This document shows, piece after piece, positions 11,330 through 20,689 of a DNA stretch of 64,000 nt (positions within the stretch are counted from its first letter, which is position 1; every line of letters starts with the position of its first letter). This DNA comes from Felis catus (lineage: Eukaryota). Location: assembly GCF_018350175.1 (NCBI RefSeq), contig NC_058369.1:1614001-1678000 (forward strand), in the 5' to 3' direction. The position numbers and the translations under genes are program-made. Under the pieces are notes generated by a model, which searched no databases, was not told where the DNA came from, and saw only the letters and a program-made list of their open reading frames with translations.

Positions 11330-12250
11330 TGCAACTGTCGTCCAGGCCCCATCCTCCTCACCCCTCCTCGTCTCACCCCTCCCCTCTGTCCCTTCCGGCG
11401 CTACGGGAGCAGAGACCTCGTGCGGCCACCAGGTGGCGCCGCCACGCCTCTCAGCGCCCGGGACATTTCGCGCCTCCACGGTGGGCGGCGCGGAGGCGGT
11501 GCGATGCGTCAGCCGGACCGCGGGCCCGGGAGCCAGGGGAACCAAGCCGCGGGGCTGAGGCCAGACCCCAGGCTGGCGGGGGAGGGGAACTCAGCTGTGA
11601 GTCACCCGGGAGCCCCCGATCGACCGTGGGAGGCAGTCCCACGCTGGCCTGCCCGCCAGGCTCGTGAACTGCCTTCCTGCGGAGACGGTGAGGCTGGTGG
11701 CAGTCCCTGTGTGCGGCCGTGCCCGTCGCACACGTGTGGCTCCAACGCGAACCGGCCGGTAGCTTGGGGGAGTGGTGGCCTCCCCGAGCCTCAGTTTCCC
11801 CCTTTGCCTAATGCAGCTTAAGTACGGACCGTGCTTCCCGGGTCTTTGAAAATTCAATGACCCATGATACGGGGAGCCTGGTACACAGTACACGCTCCGT
11901 AGATGCCGGCGCCCACTCCGGAAGGAGGAAATGGAAGTGGCGACCGCCACTGCAAGCGGACCCGAAAGGGCAGCGCCCTGCGCAGGCAAGCACCCTTCCG
12001 CCCTGGCTGTCTCCCCGGACCTCGGGGTCGGTCGTCAGGTGCGCAGGTGCGATCAGATGCTGAAGTGACGGGCGCCGGCAGGGGGCGCGGGGCCGGCTGC
12101 GGCCGAGCCACCTGCGCCTCCCACTCCCACGCGCGCCCCACCCTGAAACTCGCCGGGGGTGAGGAGGGGGCGACCGGTCTCGCCCCTACAGTGCCTCGGG
12201 CTTTGCAGCCCTTGCTTCAGGGGACCTCGAGGCGGCCTGCCGTGACCACC
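11330..12250. promoter_or_regulatory. Upstream CpG island/enhancer of GADD45B with CTCF, AP-1 and ETS motifs
   Basis: CpG-dense. CGGCCACCAGGTGGCGCCG at 11423-11441 is a near-consensus CTCF site; TGAGTCA at 11598-11604; ETS-like cluster CCGGAAG/GGAAAT/GGAAGTG at about 11918-11940. Confidence 0.6.
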
Positions 12251-12639
12251 ACCTGACATTTATTGAACGCTTACTGTGTACCCCTTACTTTCTTTAAATG
12301 CTTCCTGCAACTCTGTGAGGCTGGTATGCATTCTCATAGGGCGGGTGGCGACACAGGCCGCCTTCGCAGCTCCCAATTTTGGGAGCCTCGAAGCGGCCTC
12401 CTGCGACCACCACCCTTTATTGGACACTTCCTGTGTACCCTTTATTTTCTTCGATTTAAAGCTTCCTTCAATCCAATGAGGCCGGCGTTGCATGCCCATT
12501 AGACAGGTTGGGACACAGAGCCCCAGAGAAATCAAGTCACCCAGGGTCTGGGGTCCCCGCAGCCAATCCCTCCCCGACCCCCGACAATGCACACACCACC
12601 CGGGAGGGATCAGCCTGCAAACTGGGCCCCCTCCCCGTG

Positions 12640-13060
12640 CAGGCCTCCAGCAGAACTCTGGAAAGGCGCGGGCCGGGGACTCTCCCGGGACCAGGAGGGG
12701 ATTCCAGCTCCCCCCCCCCGCCACCGAAAGTCCGCGCCGCCGCCTTGCGCGCTGGAAATCCCGCGCGCGCCCCGAAACGCGGCGCCGCTGCCGGGAAATC
12801 AGGAGGAAAACTTCTGCTTTTTTTCTTTTCTGGCACTCAACGCTCCCCGCCCCCCCTCCCCAGCGCCCTCCTCCCGGGTCTCGCGCCCACGTGGGCGCCT
12901 CCGCGCGGCGCTCCGCCCCTTCCCCGGCGCCGACCAACCGTAGCTCTTCTTTCTCTCGCCTTTGTTGGCTCGCCAATAGGAGGGACGGACGCGCCGCCGA
13001 GGCCGCGCCTCTGGTTTAGAAGTCGATAAAAGGCGGCGCCCGCGGCGGCGAGCTCAGAGC
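12640..13060 (+). promoter_or_regulatory. GADD45B CpG-island promoter with three NF-kB sites, E-box, GC box, CCAAT and TATA-like box
   Basis: GGGACTCTCC 12676-12685; GGGGATTCCA 12697-12706; TGGAAATCCC 12753-12762 (GGGATTTCCA on the - strand); CACGTG 12888-12893; CTCCGCCCC 12911-12919; CCAAT 12973-12977; GATAAAAG 13025-13032. Gadd45b is an established NF-kB target with three promoter kB elements. Confidence 0.85.
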
Positions 13061-13293
13061 GCTGAAGTCGGGGCCGCAATCTTCTCCTCTCCGGCCACGC
13101 GGATTATTCTCGCCGAGGACTTTGCCATTTTTTTTTTCTGCCTTCTTTTGGGGACCATTTCGCTGCCTTCCGAAGGTCTTGAACGAGCGCTCGGGCTCCG
13201 TGGGAAGGTTTTGGGCTTTCCGGCCTCGGATTTTGCATTTTCTCCCTTGGGACTGTCGTGGGGCTGTTTTCCACTGTGGATTATAACTGCAAC

Positions 13294-13337
13294 ATGACGC
13301 TGGAAGAGCTCGTGGCATGCGACAACGCGGCGCAGAA
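13294..13337 (+). CDS. GADD45B: GADD45B coding exon 1 (MTLEELVACDNAAQK)
   Basis: ATG at 13294 in a gcaacATG context. Translation matches the GADD45 beta N-terminus. Donor AA|gtaagt starts at 13338. Confidence 0.97.
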
Positions 13338-13428
13338 GTAAGTAGCAGGCTGAGGTCAGCCGGGCCGGCCGGGGACCGGAGCGACCTGTGGCCGGCCGGG
13401 CGCTGACCCTCCTCTCTCTGACCCTAAG

Positions 13429-13530
13429 GATGCAGACCGTGAGCGCCGCGGTGGAGGAGCTGCTGGTGGCCGCTCAGCGCCAGGACCGCCTCACCGTGGG
13501 GGTGTACGAGTCAGCCAAGTTGATGAATGT
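13429..13530 (+). CDS. GADD45B: GADD45B coding exon 2 ([34 protein letters not shown])
   Basis: Pyrimidine tract plus taag| acceptor, 102 nt, donor GT|gtgagt at 13531. Frame is consistent with exon 1 across a 91-nt intron. Confidence 0.97.
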
Positions 13531-13933
13531 GTGAGTCACACCCCGTCCCCGGACTGGGCGCGGGTGGGGACCCCCTCCGCTCTGCATGCTCTCTGTTGCA
13601 CCCCTCTTCCGCACGTGGCTAGGATTTCCCCCAAGCATCCCCACTGTGGATTGAGGGTCTCTGTGCTTTCTTTGAGCACAGGTGGGGGGGGGAGCCGAGG
13701 TTGCAGTATCCTGACGCTGCATCGTTTGCAAGCTCCCACCGCCGTATTCGCTGGTGCCTTACCCCCCCCCCCAAGGCATCTAGAACCGTGCGTCCTCTCC
13801 CCACCCCTGCAGCTGCATGCAGACGCGATCCCTGGCGCGCCTTCGGTTTCTCTTCGCTTTTCCAAACTCCCCCGTGCACAGTGGCGTCTCCTCAGCCCCC
13901 GGCTGATCCGTCCCCTCCTTCTGGCCCCCTTAG

Positions 13934-14156
13934 GGACCCTGACAGCGTGGTCCTGTGCCTTCTGGCCATCGATGAGGAGGAGGAGGATGACATCGCCCTG
14001 CAGATACACTTCACGCTCATCCAGTCCTTTTGCTGCGACAACGACATCAATATCGTCCGGGTGTCAGGCATGCAGCGCCTGGCACAGCTGCTGGGCGAGC
14101 CCGCGGAGACCCAGGGCACCACCGAGGCCCGAGACCTGCACTGCCTCCTGGTCACG
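13934..14156 (+). CDS. GADD45B: GADD45B coding exon 3 ([74 protein letters not shown])
   Basis: ccttag| acceptor, 223 nt, donor ACG|gtgagt. Encodes the L7Ae/Gadd45-family core, also visible in ORF 13701..14528. Confidence 0.97.
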
Positions 14157-14414
14157 GTGAGTTGGGCCTGGACCTGCCCCACCCTTCCCCGGGCACCTGC
14201 GCCTGTGTTTGTCAACAAAGTTGAGCCGGCTCATCTCGGACCAGCTCAGCACTCAGCCACGATAGGCATGTCCCGTGGGCAGCCTGGCGGGGGCCTTCTT
14301 ACCCGGGGAGCTATTTTGAGCTGGCCTGTTTTCCCCAGAGGGGCTCTGAGAGAGGGAGGCTCCCTGCCCACTCCTGGGGCTCCCACTGAACCCCATTTTT
14401 TCCCCTTGTCGCAG

Positions 14415-14528
14415 AATCCTCACACAGATGCCTGGAAAAGCCACGGCCTGGTCGAGGTAGCCAGTTACTGTGAAGAGAGCCGAGGAAACAACCAGTGGGT
14501 CCCCTACATCTCCCTCCAGGAGCGTTGA
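14415..14528 (+). CDS. GADD45B: GADD45B coding exon 4 ([37 protein letters not shown])
   Basis: tcgcag| acceptor and TGA at 14526-14528. The spliced CDS is 44+102+223+114 = 483 nt, i.e. 160 aa plus stop, the known GADD45B length. Confidence 0.97.
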
Positions 14529-15077
14529 GACCCTTCCCGGCATCAGAAGCTGTTGAGTTGCTGCCAAAAAAAAAAAACAAAATAAATATTTGACCCCTCC
14601 CCCCAGAACAACCCCCCAGAACAACCCATGCTGTGAGACCGCGGGGGCAGAATCAATGGAGAAGAGGGGAGCGCGTGGCCACCCCCAGGGCGGTGAGCCT
14701 GGAGCAGCGCCAGCTGTGGCCACCGTGACAGGAGAAGAGGGGGACCGGGCCAGCAGGAGAGGGGAACCGGAGCCCAGGCTTTGTGACGGAGCAGCTGGAG
14801 CGGGGGAGCTGTGTCCTCGCCCGCGCTGGAGGGCTCGGACCGCACGCTCCGGGGCGGACTGAGACCGGCGCTGACGTCTGCGTGGGACTCGGGCCACCGA
14901 GGGTCTGCACCCTTGCCAGGACTGGACTTGGGGACTTGGGAGCTGGCGCTGACGTTGCTCTGTACCCATGAAGTCCCCGTTTGCAAACGTAATAGACAAT
15001 CTATTTTGTTACTTGCACCACTGAGAGAGAAGGGAAGCTTACAGATACATATATTTTTACTTCTACGATGACCTTGT

Positions 15078-15083
15078 AATAAA
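15078..15083 (+). terminator. GADD45B distal polyadenylation signal AATAAA
   Basis: Context is ttgtAATAAAtttc, with TGTA overlapping upstream and a downstream GU-rich tract (gtttcttgtgtattt). Confidence 0.85.
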
Positions 15084-18000
15084 TTTCTAAAGCTTCGGCG
15101 TTTCTTGTGTATTTGCCACTTCCGACAGGGCTGGGGACCTCTGCCCCCCGCCGGGCACCCAAGCCCCCTCCCGCAGGCTCACCAGGAAGTGTTGCTCAGT
15201 CCCTGTTAGCAGCTCCAGGCTCCTTTGCAAAAACAGTGCCCCTTCTCTCTGCAGCCGGCGCCAACCAAGCCCAACAAACCTTTGCCTCTTTTTTTTAATC
15301 CTCCCTCCTCCTGCCCCATAGCAATTAAAAGACCGGTTTATTACGAAACCTGGCCGCTGTGCCACTGCTGTTACTGGCCCTGCTGGAGCCAGCCCCACGC
15401 TCAGGGCATACGTAGACGCACCCCTGGGGGGCTGGTTGCAGCCCCTGCCTGCCCCGACGCCGCCACCAACCCGAGGTCCAGAGAGGTCAAGGGGGCACCT
15501 GGACCACGGTGGGCTTAGCTGCCTTGTCCAGGGCTCAGCCTTGTAGGAAGAGCTCCTCCGGGCGACCCCCAGGGAAGGCCCTTTCCCCCCCACCCCTCCC
15601 CCCCGACCGGTGCCCAGGCCTTCTCCGTCCCGGGATGGCCTTCTTCACTGAACTGAAGGGGAAGAAAAGTTTTTTTTCTTTCCCCAAACTAAGATCAACG
15701 AGCAAAAAATACCCAAGGAAACCGGGCTTGGCACAGTGCTGCGTTTTGCCTCTAAACCGAAACTGTAAGGCCTCGCCGGCCACCTCCTTGTTCTCCCGAA
15801 GCTGCAGGCGCGGTGACTCTCCCCATGCCGCGGGCTGGGAGCCGGCAGCTCGAGCCAGCCAGCCCTCCCCGCCCCGCCCCGCCTCAGTCTTCCCGCCGCA
15901 GGTCTGCGGGGTGGGCTCGCTGGCGCCTTGGCCACATCGTGTCCCGGCGGGCCCCGCCCCCGCCCGCAGGCCGCGACCTTTCCACGGAGCCCCACGTGGG
16001 TGCTGGAGGAAAACCCCGGCGGTCCCCCCAGGAGTCACGGGGCTGGGGGAGCCCCGCCAGGAGAAGGAAGGGAGGGCAAGATGGAAGGGGAAGTCCCAGA
16101 GGGATTCCTAGGGGGGAGGGGGGAGGAGCCGCAGGTGGGAGACAAGATCCCGGAGGGGGGAGGGGAGGGGAGGAAAACCCGGAGATGGGACCCCTGTGGA
16201 ATCCTGCTAGAGGTTAGGGGAAGCGGGGGACGGGGCAGATGAGGGGAGCCCCAGGGGGGAAGGGCATCCCTGCTGGGGTCGGGAGGTGAGGCTGGAGGAA
16301 GGGGGACTCCGAGGGGGTGCGGGGAGTCCCTGAGATAGAGTCCCCAGGGGAGGGAATCTGGGGAGGGGAGTAGAGGCTGAAGGACCCCACCCCCCCCCCC
16401 CCACCTCGGGGCAGGAGTCTGTGCGGAAGGGCGAGCAGGGACAGGGTCAGCTCTTGGTGTCTTGCTGGTTCCTCTGGGGTAGAGGCTCCACCCCCTGAGC
16501 TCCACCTGAGGGGATGGGCCTCTCTGTCCTCATCTTGGTCCTGGCCATCCATCAGGACGACCTGTGACCCGTGACCCTCTCATCACTAGGTCCCCTGTCC
16601 AGTAGGTCAAGACCCCAGGCTCCTGGGCTCCGAGGACACACAAGGCACGAGTGGGACCCCGGCTGTGTGACCCTCGGCTGGCACCTGTCTGTACCTCAGA
16701 ACCCCGCACCCCCTGAAAATGGGCACAGTAATGCTGCCTCCCTCATAGAGTGTTGAGAAGTTTCCATGAAATACATATTCCTTAGATCAGTGCTTCCCAC
16801 ACGGTGTAAAAACCATCGGCCATTATCACTGCTCTTGCCACTGTCACACACCGTGCGTTTCTAGAATCATCTCCTCACTCCACCCTGTGAGTTAGCACAG
16901 CCACGACGAGGGGGAGCCTTTTCCATGCAAGATTTACGAAGCCTCGTGCCCCAGACCCAGCAGGTTGAGGAATATTCTCAAGCGATACTGTAAATGGAAG
17001 GAAGGGAAAGGAAACTCGGCTGGCTCGGCGGGCCTCTTGCTTCGTCTCGGGCTCCAAGGCCTCTTTCCCGGACCCGGCGGGATTTCAGCCTGGACTGTGT
17101 GGTTCCTTCACTCCGCAGGTGGCGGAAGGCGCGACCTCCCAGAAGGTCAGAGCCCCAGCCTTCCCGCCAATCCCGGGACGGACGGGAGGGTCGCGGCTCC
17201 CGTGTCCTGGCGGTGGTTCTCCAGCTCCGTCCCTGTTGTGTTAACAAGTGTCAGGTTCCCCTGACTGAACCCAAGAATGCACAAGAATGGGCTTCCGGGG
17301 CTGCCGTGTCCCCAGGCTCACGCCGTCTCCCCTGGGCATAAACGCCTTGGCCGCTGTCTTGTGGACACGAGCCTGCAGGGGGGCAGGCAGGAGGGTGCGG
17401 CAGACGAATGGCCGGGGTGCAGGCTCACCTCAGGGGACCTGCGCTCCCCTCCGCCCGTGTCTACACCCGCGGGCCTGAGACACACACCACACAGGTGCAC
17501 ACCCAGCTCCCTACGCCTCACACACGCGGTCACCCACTCCCCCCGGGCACCCCTGGGCGGGGGCCTGGAACCCCAGCTTCTCCCCACCCCCTCGGGCAGG
17601 TGACTCCTCTCCTCTGGGCTTCCTTTCCGTGTCTGTGGACTAGACGCGTAGCCTCCCCCGAGCTAGGTCTGCGTGTGAACACACACCCGCCAAGATGGAC
17701 GTGGGCACACAGTTACATGTGTGTTGACAGGTGTGTAAATACAGATGTGATCTCCGCCCCCAGGCCTCAACAGTCGGTAGGATTCTAGCTACTTCCTGAA
17801 GCCTCTGTGCCCTGGGGAAAGGGGGACGGCCTTGTGAGCATGTCATTGAAGCACATAACATGTCCCTGGACTTGGGGACCAGCCGGGGTCCAGGACAAGG
17901 ACAGCCGAACGGGGCAGCCGTGTGGAGAACAGTGATATAATAACAGCTGCTGTTGCCCAAGGCGGCTTTTCTGCCCTGTTATCTCTGCTCGGCCTCGAAA

Positions 18001-18301
18001 CAACTCCGCAAGGTAGCTAACATCATGCTCTGCTTTCTACAAAAGGGGGGGGGGGCACAAGGGCTCAGAGACGTGCAGCCACTTGCCCAAGGTCACACAG
18101 CTGGACAGGGGCGCATTCAGGGACCGAGCGAAGGCCTGTGTGATTCAGTTAGGATCTTATACCCATTTATATTTATATTTACATTTATATTTATATATAA
18201 TTGAGATAGAAGTTACATACCATAAAACTTACCCCTTTACAGTCTTATTTAGTGGTTTTTAGCATACTCTACAGAGTTGTGCAATTATCACCACTACCTA
18301 G

Positions 18302-18340
18302 TTCCAGAACATTCCATGAACATTCCAGAACATTCCGGAA
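18302..18340. promoter_or_regulatory. Heat-shock-element-like nGAAn array
   Basis: TTCcaGAAcaTTC catGAAcaTTCcaGAAcaTTCcgGAA: blocks of 3 and 5 alternating pentamers. Confidence 0.5.
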
Positions 18341-20689
18341 CACCCTAAAAGAAGCCCTGTTAGCGACCACTCCTCATCTGCTTGCCCAGCTCCTGGCACC
18401 CATGAATCCGGGGCAGCCTGTGTGGCTTTGCCTTGTTGGGGGCTCTTGACAGAAATGGGATGAGACACCAGATGGCTTCTCACCCTCACGTGATGCTCGG
18501 AGGCTTGGACGCTCGTCCGTGTTGTGGTGTGCGTCACGACCAAAGTCTGAACCTGGCCGCTGTGTGCACGCCAGCACCCTTCCATGCGGACGAGGACACA
18601 CGGGAGGGCGCGCAGAGTCTCACACACGGCTGACGTTGGCACGCGCCTCGCGCCCCGGGCCGGACGCCGCTGTCTGAGCTCTGCCCTTTTGTTCTCCTGT
18701 CGGATGCCCCCTCCCTGGGGAAGCTCTCCAGACAGGAACCTTGAGAGCCCGTCTCCAGCTCCGTCTCCCCCCTCCCCCCTCCAGGTTCCAGCACCTGCCT
18801 GTTTGTAAGGACAGACTTATCCTGCCACCATTTGCTTCTTGTCTGCCTCCTGTGTTAGCTCCTGCTGCAAGAGGGCTGGGGAAGGGTCTGTCTCCTCACC
18901 CCCAGGTTCCTCGTGGTCCCTCCCAGCCTGGGCCCCCCCTGGCATTTCACCAACGCTTGGGCACAAAGAGGTCCGAATCCCGAGCTGTGGACAGACATTG
19001 ACCCGCGGATGATGACCTTCTTTTCCAGGACATGCTGTTTTGTCCCTAAGGGACACACGCAGGCCTGCCAGGTGCTAGGTCCTGACCAGCTACGGTGACA
19101 CCACCCAGTGCAGGGAGGCTGCGACCCGGCCCCGCGGAGGGCGGCCGGCTGTGTGCCCTTAGGCAAGTTGCTTCACCTCCCTGGGCTCAGTTTCCTTATC
19201 TGTGCAATGGGGATACAAATAGGAGTGCCCATCTCTTGGGGCTGGTGTGAGCATCCAGTTAGTTAAAATATGTAAGGCATTTAGAACAGTGGGAAGCCTT
19301 CCAGAAGAGTTAGCTACTATTATGTGAGTCGGTGTGCGGCTGTTTACAGGATTCTTCCTCCCTGGAGTGAGCCCTGGGCTCCCGGAACCCCTGAACTGGG
19401 TCTCGTGATTGTACCCAGACCCTTCCCTCCCCTCCCCACCCGGGAGCTACGTGGCTCCGCCTGACCCTGACAGGTAACCCACCAGGGCACAAAGGAACAG
19501 ATGTGGCCGTGGCCAGAGGCCAGAGGCCATGGATGGCCACCTGTATGCACACATGCACACCTGTGCCTGCACATACGAACAGCATGTACCCAGATACTCA
19601 GTCTTGCAAACAGGCATGGACACACACACACACACACACACACACCACTGTTCTTAACTGCATGCTCCGCCCACTGTATGCGTGTCCTGGGGCTGGTGTA
19701 ACAAAGTGAGGCGGGGGTGGGGGGTGGGGGGGTGCTTCAACAACAGAAATATGTTGGCGTCTGGTTCTGGAGGCCAGAAATGTGAGACGAAGGTGTCTTT
19801 CTGTGGCTCTGAGGGAGGATCTTTCCAGGCCTCTCTCTACTGGCCTCAGGTGTTCCCGGGCTTGGGACGTGTTCTCCACGTTGTCTCCCATGGAAGTGCA
19901 TCTCTGTGTCCAAATTACACCTTCTCATAAGGACACCAGCCGATTCGGATTAGGGCCCGCCTTCATGACCTCATCTTTTATCATCTGCAAAAAGCCTATT
20001 TCCAAATAAGGTCCCAGGTACCAGGAAGCAGGACTCCAGCATCTTGTGAGCGGACACGATTCACCCCATAACACCCACAAACAGCGATACCCGAACGTGT
20101 CCCCCCCCCCCCCCCCCCCCCCCCCCCCGCCACACATGCAGACACTTGAGAGCCCAGCCTCACGGTCAACAGACGTGTGCACGTGCATACACGTGTCTCT
20201 CTCTAGCTCGCTCTCCTCTCTCCGTTTCCCGGCAGGGGTCCAATGAATACGTAGGGAATGAATAAGAACACCCACCCGGGGCCAGGGAGGGAGTAGGGCC
20301 GTTCTTTATTTATCCGCCAGACGTGTTCTCAGGCTGTTCCTGGGGCATCACTCCTGGTCCTTCCTGCCTCCCCCAGGGGGTTCAGGTATGGCCCTGCCCT
20401 AGGGAAAGGCCGTGGGTGTTGAGAAGCATCTCTGTGGGCTGGTTCTCCCACAGCAAGGTGCCAGGCAGCTGGTGGGCCCAGGTCACCTGTGGCCCCCTCC
20501 ACGCGTAAAATGACTGGGGGGGGGGCGGCGCACGCACGTTTTTCGGGACATGACATCCTCTCCTCTAGGAAAGCAGTAGAAGGAAGCTAGGGCCTTCCCA
20601 GCTTCCGAAATACTTCTTCCCTCCTTCCTCCCGGGGGTCTGGGCAGGACTCCGGCCTGTCCCATTCCTGCCTCACCTTCTCCCTTCCCT

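Larger units (their letters stand above)
13051..15105 (+). other. GADD45B: GADD45B transcription unit (approximate TSS to approximate cleavage site)
   Basis: TATA-like GATAAAAG at 13025-13032 places the TSS near 13050-13060. No ATG is seen in the 5'UTR before 13294. Distal AATAAA at 15078-15083 is followed by GU-rich sequence. Confidence 0.75.

Noticed and set aside
13701..14528. 275-aa ORF as an unspliced GADD45B protein
   Set aside because: It begins at a TTG in intron 2, whereas canonical splicing gives the known 160-aa protein. Only the intron-3 read-through was kept as a finding.
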